Positions 1-8,069 of a DNA stretch of 32,000 nucleotides are shown here, in pieces. The stretch covers positions 3,120,001-3,152,000 of the forward strand of contig CP104013.1 in NCBI GenBank assembly GCA_025839675.1, written 5' to 3'. A model generated the notes under the pieces. The model ran no database searches. It was not told where the DNA came from and saw only the letters and a list, made by a program, of their open reading frames with translations. The number at the start of each line of letters is the position of its first letter. Within the stretch, counting starts at the first letter, position 1. The DNA is from Candidatus Lokiarchaeum ossiferum (GTDB taxonomy: Archaea; Asgardarchaeota; Lokiarchaeia; Sigyniarchaeales; Promethearchaeaceae). The translations under genes were made by a program, and so were the position numbers.

Positions 1-441
1 TGACAATTGTCCCATAACATCTCCTAATTCTATTTGGGGGTTATCTAACAATAATTTGACCACTTTCGGAGGAAAATCCAAGCCTGATCCAGATGAAAGT
101 GAGAGTCTATCTTCAGAGTTCACAATAGCGCAGAATTGAAAGTCTAAATAACCAGATATAGATGATGGTATTGGAACAAATCCCGCTTCAATCCCTACAG
201 CAAATATTTCATTATGGAAGCTAAACTCAGACAAATAATCTTTTTTAGCTTCTTGCATCACATTTTTTGCACGATTAATTGCACCTTGAGTTACCTTTTC
301 CAGACCAATGGGTTGATCTGCAACATTGGATTTTACCTTTATCCCGACGACTTTAATTGATTCTTGAGGAAAAGCATGTTCAAATTCGATTTTGGTTGCA
401 TTAATTTTGACAGGATTAGTAGACCCTACAAAGACCAACAT
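1..441 (-). CDS. Inosine/xanthosine triphosphatase-like NTPase (YjjX/DUF84 family); N-terminal 147 codons, gene runs off the window start
   Basis: Not in the ORF track because it is open at the window edge. Manual minus-strand translation from the ATG at 441 gives MLVFVGSTNPVKINATKIEFEHAFPQESIKVVGIKVKSNVADQPIGLEKVTQGAINRAKN...FAVGIEAGF...LGDVMGQLS with no stop. The pattern GSTNPxK ... QP.G.E.T..GA.NRA ... GIE.G is typical of YjjX-type NTPases. Confidence 0.7.
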   Translation of the reverse strand, partial: MLVFVGSTNPVKINATKIEFEHAFPQESIKVVGIKVKSNVADQPIGLEKVTQGAINRAKNVMQEAKKDYLSEFSFHNEIFAVGIEAGFVPIPSSISGYLDFQFCAIVNSEDRLSLSSGSGLDFPPKVVKLLLDNPQIELGDVMGQLS

Positions 442-487
442 TTTTTCTAACCTCAGGAAAAGTATAAAAAGAACAAAATTAATACAA

Positions 488-1015
488 TTACTCTACTTGT
501 TGAGCATAGTATATTAACCATTTGCTCATAGCAGTGAACATTGGTTCAATATTAAGGTTTAGCTTGGAAGAACACATCACATTCATCAAACAACTGGCAC
601 TTTCCGCATATTGCTCTGCAACATTAATATCTACTTCGTGGTTTTCTAAATCATACTTATTCCCAACTAGAGTAATTGGAACCATCCCAGCATTTTCTCG
701 AATTATCCGTAACCATTCAGGAATTTCTTCAAATGTCGCATAATCAGTGACATCATAACAGATAAATGCCCCACTGGCCCCACGACAATAATCACCTAAT
801 AAAAAGCGAAATCGTTCTTCACCAGCAAAATCCCAAAGTTGCATTCTTACGTGCTCGCCTGTATCTAACGAAACATCTTTCACGCTAAATTGAGCTCCAA
901 TGGTCATTTTATGATCTTCAATAAACGACCCAGTTACATATCGTTCAATTAAGGCAGTCTTTCCAACTCCCCCAGCACCCGCGACTACAACTTTAAAGAT
1001 CCAATTTGACGACAC
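488..1015 (-). CDS. Small GTPase of the Ras superfamily, Rab-like
   Basis: G1 P-loop GAGGVGKT, switch I TIGAQF (Rab TIGxDF-like), G3 WDFAGEERF (compare WDTAGQERF), G4 NKYD. The start codon reads GTG. There is no C-terminal Cys/CAAX (ends ...YYAQQVE). Confidence 0.85.
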   Translation of the reverse strand: MSSNWIFKVVVAGAGGVGKTALIERYVTGSFIEDHKMTIGAQFSVKDVSLDTGEHVRMQLWDFAGEERFRFLLGDYCRGASGAFICYDVTDYATFEEIPEWLRIIRENAGMVPITLVGNKYDLENHEVDINVAEQYAESASCLMNVMCSSKLNLNIEPMFTAMSKWLIYYAQQVE

Positions 1016-1090
1016 TTTTATATCACTTCAGACATCTATTCGAGAAAAATATTAACTAATAGTTTTAACATTTGTTTGGCTAAATAGTTT

Positions 1091-3295
1091 TCATCCTTGA
1101 TCAGTCATATTTAAATCATCAATAAGCTTCTTTCCCATTTGAAAAAGTGGACAGTGCGTCACACAATTTTTGCAACTGGTACACTTTTCAGTATCAATTT
1201 TAATATTAATATCATTCAATTTGATAGCTTTTACTGGACATATACTGATACAAGTTTTGCACTGATTACAATAAATTGCACGTAAAACTGAAGTGGTTAT
1301 AAGTTTAAAGAATTGTCCATAGGAAAATTGCTGATTCGGAACTAAAAGGAAAAAACTTCCATCCGGAAATAGATTCAAACGATAAGATTCTTTTTTAAAC
1401 TGTGAACTAATAGAGATGACATTCAGATCAGAATCAAATTCATAATCTTTGGTCACTGCAGGTAAAATATTGTTTAGAATATTTAGATCAATCGGTTGGG
1501 AGAATTTGCCCTTCATAGAATACCCCGATTGTAAACAAGGAGAAAATCCCTTCGTTATATCCAAATGAAGGGGCATAGAAGGATCCGCTCCAGTATAATC
1601 CAATTGGATATTATGCTCTTCGACAATATTTTTCCATTGAGGACTTAAACGTTTGAATCGCCAGAGTCCCATGCTGATCCATTCTTGAGGAAGTTTATAT
1701 TTAAAAGCATAATCCTCCAAATAACTAAACCAACGAGCATACATTTGAGGGTGAGATGACTTTAAAAGATTGAAAGAAGCAAGATTTGCCGCGGGGCAGA
1801 GATAACAACCTAAACGTTCATGTCCTTCAAAATATAATGGATTACTTGGTACTTCAATTCTTTCCAGAGTATCTGGATGAATTACAGGGTCGAATAAGAC
1901 AAATAGCCAGAGAAGTAATGCATTCCAGGTTTTTATGGGTGTTGCTGCGATTTGGAGTGGAATAAAAGAATTCACGTAGACTAGCTTGGATTGAGCCCTA
2001 GTAAGGGATTCATATTGTCGTTGTCCTAAAAATGTGAGAACTTTCTCACCATTATATATGGTATTAATGATCTCAGTAATTTGTTGAGCCTTTAGACTAT
2101 GGCAACAATATCGATAATCCCTCCCCGGAGGCCCGAAAGAGTCAACAATCTTCCAAAAAGTATCTGAGGCATCTTTAATTATTAATTTATCATCCATTCC
2201 TAATGCTTTTGCAACTTGGAAGATATTTTCTTCTACTTCAGGTAATTCTAAACCAGTATTTGCAAAAAATATCTTGAAATTCGGTCCTAAAACCTTCCAG
2301 GCGAGTAATAATGTTGCTAAACTATCTTTTCCACCCGAATACGCAACAGCAACTGGTTTACTTATCTGATTTAGAGTTTTTGAAATAAACGATGTAGCCT
2401 TGGATATTTCCCGAAGTATTCCTGAAGCATTTGCTTCATGAGTTTTCTTCAAATTCTGGAAAATATATTCTAAAAATTCATCTTTATTAACAATTAGAGC
2501 CTCAGTTTTCATCACAGATTCAGGGGATATATTATTAAAAGGGTGAAAAAACTCATATGGGAAACAAGATCCGTTTTTTTTATAAGCCTTATTTTTTGCT
2601 ATACTTCCATAATTCTCTTTCACCATGGATTTAAGGAGAGTAGAATCTTCTCGCGCAATACCTATCGCAACACACATTGATTTATCAATTTCTACAGAAT
2701 CATTCTTTATTATTAAGACATAATCATCTTTTCTAATCGAAGGTGAGACAAAACTTACTCCTGGCGCGAGAATTGATTTCCCAGTCTGAATAAAGGGTAA
2801 TGCATCTTCTTTTACCCAGATTTGTTGAGTTTTAGGAATGCACAATTTTGTTTGGAGAAAAAAAATCAAATCTCCACCAGCAACCCGAGGCTGAAATTCA
2901 AACATCTGAGTGACAATATTGAATATAAGTAATCCGATTACAACACCGTTCAATACAACTTCATCCGTTCGATCTAAGCCCCCAATTCGGCTTAAAAGAA
3001 CAATTTGATTCTCGGAGAACAGTGCTGATCCAACCCCTTTTCCATATTGACGATTAACCGTTTCTTGTAATATTGCATAATCCTTCCAAAATGCGGGACG
3101 AACATCTCCAGGAGGTGAAATTTTAACCTTAATCCCTTGATTACCACAGAGACCACAAGCATGGTGATCTAATAGGGGTAAATTGCATTTTGAACACCAA
3201 AATAGAGATACTTTACCAAGATAGGGGATTTTCATTCTCCCTTTACGTTTTTTCCGGGGATAGTTTGGACGTGCTGAATTATTTCGAGAACCCAT
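1091..3295 (-). CDS. Multidomain PP-loop ATPase: Zn-ribbon + PUA-like domain + PAPS-reductase-type adenine-nucleotide alpha-hydrolase + C-terminal 2x[4Fe-4S] ferredoxin
   Basis: N-terminal ribbon CSKCNLPLLDHHACGLCGN. PUA-like stretch KSILAPGVSFVSPSIRKDDYVLII...CVAIGIA. PP-loop VAVAYSGGKDSLATLLL. Two C-terminal CxxCxxCxxxCP clusters (CNQCKTCISICP, CTSCKNCVTHCP). An alternative start at internal MKIPYLGK is possible. Confidence 0.7.
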   Translation of the reverse strand: MGSRNNSARPNYPRKKRKGRMKIPYLGKVSLFWCSKCNLPLLDHHACGLCGNQGIKVKISPPGDVRPAFWKDYAILQETVNRQYGKGVGSALFSENQIVLLSRIGGLDRTDEVVLNGVVIGLLIFNIVTQMFEFQPRVAGGDLIFFLQTKLCIPKTQQIWVKEDALPFIQTGKSILAPGVSFVSPSIRKDDYVLIIKNDSVEIDKSMCVAIGIAREDSTLLKSMVKENYGSIAKNKAYKKNGSCFPYEFFHPFNNISPESVMKTEALIVNKDEFLEYIFQNLKKTHEANASGILREISKATSFISKTLNQISKPVAVAYSGGKDSLATLLLAWKVLGPNFKIFFANTGLELPEVEENIFQVAKALGMDDKLIIKDASDTFWKIVDSFGPPGRDYRYCCHSLKAQQITEIINTIYNGEKVLTFLGQRQYESLTRAQSKLVYVNSFIPLQIAATPIKTWNALLLWLFVLFDPVIHPDTLERIEVPSNPLYFEGHERLGCYLCPAANLASFNLLKSSHPQMYARWFSYLEDYAFKYKLPQEWISMGLWRFKRLSPQWKNIVEEHNIQLDYTGADPSMPLHLDITKGFSPCLQSGYSMKGKFSQPIDLNILNNILPAVTKDYEFDSDLNVISISSQFKKESYRLNLFPDGSFFLLVPNQQFSYGQFFKLITTSVLRAIYCNQCKTCISICPVKAIKLNDINIKIDTEKCTSCKNCVTHCPLFQMGKKLIDDLNMTDQG

Positions 3296-3412
3296 AATAA
3301 TATTATAGAAAAAACGCCAAGAGAAAAAAAATTAATCATTTTACACCATAACATTTTTTTTTGGACTGAAAATTCTTCATTTCAAGTTGAAGTTTTTTAG
3401 AAAAAGACTGAA

Positions 3413-4675
3413 TCAAACCAAATAAAATTGTATTTTTTCGTCTTTTAGCAACCTTATAGCAGTTTTTTGCAAAATTTCTCGAAAAGCGGTCCATGTATAG
3501 ATTCGGATCAGTCTTAAATGCCCCTTAAATTGATTAAAAAAAAGGGAATAATCCTCCAACTTAACTGGCTTTTTCTCACCATTTGATAATCGTTTAAAAG
3601 CATAAATCTCGTTTGGTCTGGTTTGACTGATATGATTATAGGGAACATTGGGACTACTGGGGAGATCAATATAAATATCTGCGACCGCAATACCAGAGGC
3701 TTCAGATAAAGCATTTTTCAATTTTTGCTCTTGAAGATTGAATTCTGACATTTCTATACGGGTTTCAAAACATAATTTTAGTAATTCTCGTCGTTTAATC
3801 TTATTCATGAGTATTTTGGATTGAGGATGATTTATCAATTCGGTCCACAAAGTGTAATCATCCCACTTAGTGTAATCATCCGGAGTTTTAAATTTGAGTA
3901 ACCCTAGTTCCCGATTAAGCGTTTTAAACCCTTCTGCAAGCATTAATTGAACCGCTCGGCACGTTTTATGAAAATAAATAGTCCGAAAAGAACTGATTCG
4001 TGAAAGCAAGAACCCTTCCAATGCAATTAATGCAGAGATGTCTACACCCAAAAATCCTTCATCCACTTCATCTATGGAGATTAATAAACGGTCCACATCA
4101 ACAGGTCTTCCTTTTGTCCCACAATGATAATTATCACGTAGGAGATAATCCATCGAGTCGACATTGACTGCGCTGGTTATAACTTGACTTAATAATGAAC
4201 CTTTGGTATAGGCTCTCTCTTGCATTTTTCCCGTGGCTATATGAGCTATATAATCTTTCTCAAAGCTTAAATCCGAGAGTGTATCACCCAATTCAGAATC
4301 TTTAATGATCCAATCAGTAAAATCTTCATGATCCTTGCCTTGTTCTACCAGTACACTTTCAAAATTATGTGAAAATGGTCCATGGCCTAAATCATGTAAC
4401 AAGGAGCCGACGATGCAGTCATTAATGTCATCCGTTGTTAGCTCAACATTATGTAAATCCCGCATATTTCTCATTAAGCGTTGAGCTAGTGCAGCAACAC
4501 CTAAACTATGTTCAAAACGAGTATGATTAGCCCCTGGAAATACATGATTTGTTCCAGAAAGTTGACGAATCCTCATTAACCTTTGAACCTCTTTTGAATC
4601 CACAATTTTTTGGATAATACTCGGAAAAAGGACAAATCCATGAATTGGATCATTGATTTTGAGGATTTTATTCAT
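3413..4675 (-). CDS. HD-domain metal-dependent phosphohydrolase (COG1078 / dNTP triphosphohydrolase-like)
   Basis: N-terminus KINDPIHGFV...VQRLMRIRQLSG...PGANHTRFEHSLGVA and HDLGHGPFSH are the HD-superfamily metal-ligand motifs. The ORF-track start at 4678 is GTG, so I use the adjacent ATG at 4675. Confidence 0.8.
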   Translation of the reverse strand: MNKILKINDPIHGFVLFPSIIQKIVDSKEVQRLMRIRQLSGTNHVFPGANHTRFEHSLGVAALAQRLMRNMRDLHNVELTTDDINDCIVGSLLHDLGHGPFSHNFESVLVEQGKDHEDFTDWIIKDSELGDTLSDLSFEKDYIAHIATGKMQERAYTKGSLLSQVITSAVNVDSMDYLLRDNYHCGTKGRPVDVDRLLISIDEVDEGFLGVDISALIALEGFLLSRISSFRTIYFHKTCRAVQLMLAEGFKTLNRELGLLKFKTPDDYTKWDDYTLWTELINHPQSKILMNKIKRRELLKLCFETRIEMSEFNLQEQKLKNALSEASGIAVADIYIDLPSSPNVPYNHISQTRPNEIYAFKRLSNGEKKPVKLEDYSLFFNQFKGHLRLIRIYTWTAFREILQKTAIRLLKDEKIQFYLV

Positions 4676-4825
4676 CACTATTCTCTATGTAAATTTGTTA
4701 CTTCATTTCTTATATACCTATACGTTTTTTATTTTGATGTAATGATTCGATCACATTTTCGAAGTTCAGAGATACAAAAAAGTGTTAAATGTTCAAGGTT
4801 AAATATAATATTAAGTGGTTTTTTC

Positions 4826-5281
4826 ATGGCAGTTGAAGAGCATAATTTCATTTATAAAGTTTATTTTAAAGGTATCAAAAAACATGATCACGATCTTATC
4901 AATTTAACCTTTCTCAATGACGCTTCGGAAGTGTTTTTAGAGAATTTTCCAAATTTTCTTCTTTTAATTAATGAGAAAAGTCGAAAAAAGTTAGCCCACT
5001 CCTTCAGTAATATTCAAGAAATCATTCCTATGGGCAATGCTTCCAAAGTTGATATCACCCAATTTATTGCCGTCCTATACACCGAAAAGAATCTGGATGG
5101 ACAGAATCTTAAGCAGGGCATTTTAATCGGAAAAATAAAAGATGGACGTTACAAACTTTTGGGAGCATGGCCTCGAATTGTCCAAGAAAATAAAATCCGG
5201 GAAAAAACAGATTATAAACTTAAATTACAAGAAATTATTGAGAAAGAATCAAATTTTACCGATATCTTGATTATCATGTAA
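4826..5281 (+). CDS. Hypothetical protein (151 aa), no recognisable motif
   Basis: This is the ORF-track 4610..5281 trimmed to the first ATG (MAVEEHNFIYKVYFKG...). The TTG-initiated extension overlaps the HD gene on the other strand and looks non-coding. Composition and codon usage look coding, but I recognise no family. Confidence 0.45.
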   Translation: MAVEEHNFIYKVYFKGIKKHDHDLINLTFLNDASEVFLENFPNFLLLINEKSRKKLAHSFSNIQEIIPMGNASKVDITQFIAVLYTEKNLDGQNLKQGILIGKIKDGRYKLLGAWPRIVQENKIREKTDYKLKLQEIIEKESNFTDILIIM

Positions 5282-5638
5282 TATTTGCACATTTGCATCT
5301 ATTTGTGGCAAATTAGGTTTTTTCCGGTCATTTCAAGCGATTTCACGCACTATCAAAATGTCAAGTGTCCACATCGTGTGGTTTTCGATCCAAAAATTCT
5401 TCATCTCGTGAAACCCCCTAAAACCCCCCTTGGACCAGTTACTCGGAAAAATTTGTTCCCACTTGCGATCCCCTCTTTTTCACCTCGATCGCAAAATTTT
5501 TCTTTTACCCCTTCTTGTTATAGTTAATAATCGGATGGTCATTCTTGATTTCACCCTCTGTTTTCTTCTCCCTTCATTCGGGTGAATCGGTGAATTTACC
5601 CTCCGAACTTATTCTACACTCAAGGAGAACGAAAACAT

Positions 5639-5788
5639 ATGGTATATGTCTGCGCTAGCAAAGATTGTCAACGAACTGTCACCCAAGAAAATCTCAACCA
5701 ATTACCTGGGATTAAGTGTCCTCACTGCGGATATCGTATCTTGTTCAAGAAACGTCCGCAGGTTATAAAACGCGTAAAAGCAGTTTAA
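5639..5788 (+). CDS. rpoP: DNA-directed RNA polymerase subunit P (Rpo12 / RPABC4 homologue), 49 aa
   Basis: Absent from the ORF track because it is too short. Manual translation gives MVYVCASKDCQRTVTQENLNQLPGIKCPHCGYRILFKKRPQVIKRVKAV*. The zinc ribbon C-x4-C ... LPG(I/V)(K/R)CP(H/Y)CGY(R/K)I(L/I)F and the tail IKxVKA(V/I) match archaeal RpoP. A GGAG lies about 13 nt upstream of the ATG. Confidence 0.85.
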   Translation: MVYVCASKDCQRTVTQENLNQLPGIKCPHCGYRILFKKRPQVIKRVKAV

Positions 5789-5790
5789 AA

Positions 5791-5798
5791 TTTTTTTT
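5791..5798 (+). terminator. Oligo-T tract (T8) directly after the rpoP stop; candidate archaeal intrinsic terminator
   Basis: taaaaTTTTTTTTac starts 3 nt after the TAA at 5786-5788. Archaeal RNA polymerase terminates at oligo-T runs (established knowledge). Confidence 0.35.
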
Positions 5799-6181
5799 AC
5801 CTTTTTGGAAATCCAGATGCATTAATCACCCTAAATCCAAGTAGAACTGACTTGAGAACTCTATGTTCACTGAAAATTTGGTTCAATTTCTTCGGTGAGG
5901 ATTATAAAATAATATAAAGGGTGCTTTAGATCGGGGGTTTCTTAGCTCGGCAAGGAATTTTCGCAGTTAGTTGAAAATGTGAAGAGTTGGCTAGCATGTG
6001 GAGTTAATCTAATGTAGCATGATTTAGTATCACGATAATTTTCTGAACGGTGGCCGCAAATGGAAATGTGTTGTCACATTGGTTTTGTGCCTTCCATAAA
6101 TAATGCGTACCGTAGAAAAATTTGAACGAGCAAAAATATATTGATCCATTTACAAAGGCAAATAAAATTTGGAAAAAAGGT

Positions 6182-7129
6182 TTATTCAAGAGGATTCATA
6201 GTTATATTGAGATGTTTAATCAATTCCTTATATCTATTACGGACTGTTACTTCAGTAATATTAGCAACACGAGCAATTTCTTTTTGAGTTTTTCGCTCCC
6301 CATGTTGAAAAGCAGCCACATATATAGAAGCAGCAGCTAAACCACAAGGATCTTTACCAGAAGTTATTCCTCGACGGGAAGCTTCTTTCAAGATCTTGAT
6401 GGCACTTAGTTGAGATTGCGTTGAAACTTTCAAGTCATTAGCAAACCTAGAAATAAATCTTGTTGGAGTCGCAGTAGGAATTTTGAGTTTTAATTCCCGT
6501 AAAATCAATCGATAACACCGCCCTAATTCCCGACGATTGATGCGAGAATTTTTTGCGAATTCATCTAAAGTTCTCGGTATTCGAGCAATACGACAAGCCG
6601 CATATATAGAACCTGCAATCATTGCTTCAATAGAGCGCCCCCGAATCAATTTCATATCAATAGTTCGACGATATATTAAGGCTGCAGTTTCTTTATGGAT
6701 TTTGGCAATTCCAATTTGTGAACAAAGGCGATCTAATTCACTCATTGCAAAAGCTAGATTTCGATCGATTGAAGAATGAATTCGCATTCGTACTTGCCAT
6801 TTACGAAGACGATAAGCTTGCGCTCTTCGTTTAGGAGATAATTTATTGCCAAAGGCATCCCGATCTCGCCAATCAATAATAGTTGACAATCCTTTATCAT
6901 GTATTGATAGTGAAGAAGGAGCCCCAACCCGTGATTTTTTATTCATATCTGCAGAATTGAACGCACGCCATTCTGCCCCTTGATCAATTGCATTTGATTC
7001 TAAAATCAATCCACAACTACTACAGATCAAATCCCCCCGGCATTGATCTGACAATAAATTGAAGGAACCACATTCTGGACAATTGTCATTTACGTCGTCT
7101 AAGCAACGATTTTTTCTTTCGATATCCAT
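6182..7129 (-). CDS. tfb: Transcription initiation factor B (TFB, TFIIB homologue)
   Basis: N-terminal Zn ribbon CPECGS...CSSCGLIL, B-linker, two cyclin-like repeats (RNLAFAMSELDRLCSQIGI... / ...GKDPCGLAAASIYVAA) and a C-terminal HTH region. Start trimmed to MDIERKNRC (ATG at 7129) because a TATA-like box sits about 30 nt upstream, inside the longer ORF. Confidence 0.9.
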   Translation of the reverse strand: MDIERKNRCLDDVNDNCPECGSFNLLSDQCRGDLICSSCGLILESNAIDQGAEWRAFNSADMNKKSRVGAPSSLSIHDKGLSTIIDWRDRDAFGNKLSPKRRAQAYRLRKWQVRMRIHSSIDRNLAFAMSELDRLCSQIGIAKIHKETAALIYRRTIDMKLIRGRSIEAMIAGSIYAACRIARIPRTLDEFAKNSRINRRELGRCYRLILRELKLKIPTATPTRFISRFANDLKVSTQSQLSAIKILKEASRRGITSGKDPCGLAAASIYVAAFQHGERKTQKEIARVANITEVTVRNRYKELIKHLNITMNPLE

Positions 7130-7158
7130 TTCAATAACTAAACGGAAAAAGATCTGAC

Positions 7159-7166
7159 ATATAAAA
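7159..7166 (-). promoter_or_regulatory. TATA-box-like element TTTTATAT upstream of tfb
   Basis: The minus strand reads caaaTTTTATATgtcagatctttttccgtttagttattgaaATG. That leaves 29 nt between the box and the ATG at 7129, compatible with a very short leader. Confidence 0.35.
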
Positions 7167-7250
7167 TTTGTAGAAAAAATACCCGCCATTATGAATTAAT
7201 AGAAAAATTCTCCGCCGATTTATGGAAAAAACTTAAATTGTTTAGGATAA

Positions 7251-7988
7251 TTATTGTTCAATTTTTTTTGGACGAGTATGCTTTTCTTCCATTTTCTTTA
7301 TCCCCTCTTTTTTTAACATTGATTCCAGAGCATCAGGTTTAATGGGAAATTTTAAGGGATTAATTACAAATGATAAATTCACGATAAATAAAATTGTTAA
7401 AACTATTATGGTAATTCCAAAAATGAAGGCTAAATTTTCAAGCCAAAATGAACCTGACTCACTTGAAGTGCTTCCAGCTATTTCAGGAATTAACCCAACG
7501 ACAAGTGTTAGCACCATGATCACAATTAGCAACCCCAATAAAAGAAGATTCATTAGACCAAATCGCCACATCTTGGAAGTATTGGAAATTCGAGAGCGAT
7601 ATGGATGAGAATTTTCAAAATTCTTAAAAAGTAGGACGCGATTACGAATACCTTGGAGTAAGAATATGTTTTTCAACAGGTGTTTGAACTTATAGGCTCC
7701 AAGATTTTGATAATGCTCTTGAATAAATTTTTTTACCGAATTTAATTCAGAAGTTGGATCTTCACTTATTAAATTAGAAAGAACAAATATATTGGGATTT
7801 AAAAACCTATTAACAATTCTTTCATACAAGATGTCAGATTGAAATTGGTTATAAGAAAGGCTATAAGGACCTCGATATAGATAGAGTCGCTTATTATCTG
7901 AATTGGAAATCAGAATGATATCTTCAGGTGAAACCGTGTCCACAGATAGAATTTCATCTTCAGTAATTTTATATAAATTCAAAACCAT
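7251..7988 (-). CDS. Hypothetical membrane protein: ~140-aa N-terminal soluble domain (possible gelsolin-repeat-like pattern), two TM helices, basic C-terminal tail
   Basis: TM segments WRFGLMNLLLLGLLIVIMVLTLVVGLI and LAFIFGITIIVLTILFIVNLSFVI. The N-terminus LNLYKITEDEILSVDTVSPEDIILISNSDNKRLYLYRGPYSLSYNQFQSDILYERIV resembles the gelsolin-repeat pattern (L.r(v/i)...v....L.s.D.(f/i)(i/l)L.....(i/l)y.W.G..s...e...a). That is a weak by-eye call only. Confidence 0.5.
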   Translation of the reverse strand: MVLNLYKITEDEILSVDTVSPEDIILISNSDNKRLYLYRGPYSLSYNQFQSDILYERIVNRFLNPNIFVLSNLISEDPTSELNSVKKFIQEHYQNLGAYKFKHLLKNIFLLQGIRNRVLLFKNFENSHPYRSRISNTSKMWRFGLMNLLLLGLLIVIMVLTLVVGLIPEIAGSTSSESGSFWLENLAFIFGITIIVLTILFIVNLSFVINPLKFPIKPDALESMLKKEGIKKMEEKHTRPKKIEQ

Positions 7989-8069
7989 CTTGAATATAAA
8001 TTCATCAATTCCTCAGATAAAATTTTCGTTTACCAAAAGGGAGTGAAAGTGAAAAAAAAGATTATATTT

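Noticed and set aside
4610-4825. N-terminal 72 codons of ORF-track entry 4610..5281 (+)
   Set aside because: It starts at a TTG and overlaps the 5' end of the HD gene on the opposite strand. It also encodes an implausible Phe/Tyr/Ile-rich peptide. The first ATG at 4826 gives a compact 151-aa product.
5285-5527. 80-aa ORF (+) in the rpoP upstream region
   Set aside because: The start is TTG, the translation is Pro/Ser/Phe-rich and low-complexity, and there is no motif. The region is better explained as non-coding (see finding).
6004-6340. ORFs 6004..6189 (-) and 6122..6340 (+)
   Set aside because: Both have implausible composition. The first lies in the convergent spacer across a stem-loop region. 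The second is mostly antisense to the well-supported 3' end of tfb.
7130-7189. 20-codon N-terminal extension of TFB
   Set aside because: It would bury the TATA-like box (7159-7166) inside the coding region and add a hydrophobic peptide that does not look like TFB. MDIERKN... places the Zn ribbon at the usual distance from the N-terminus.
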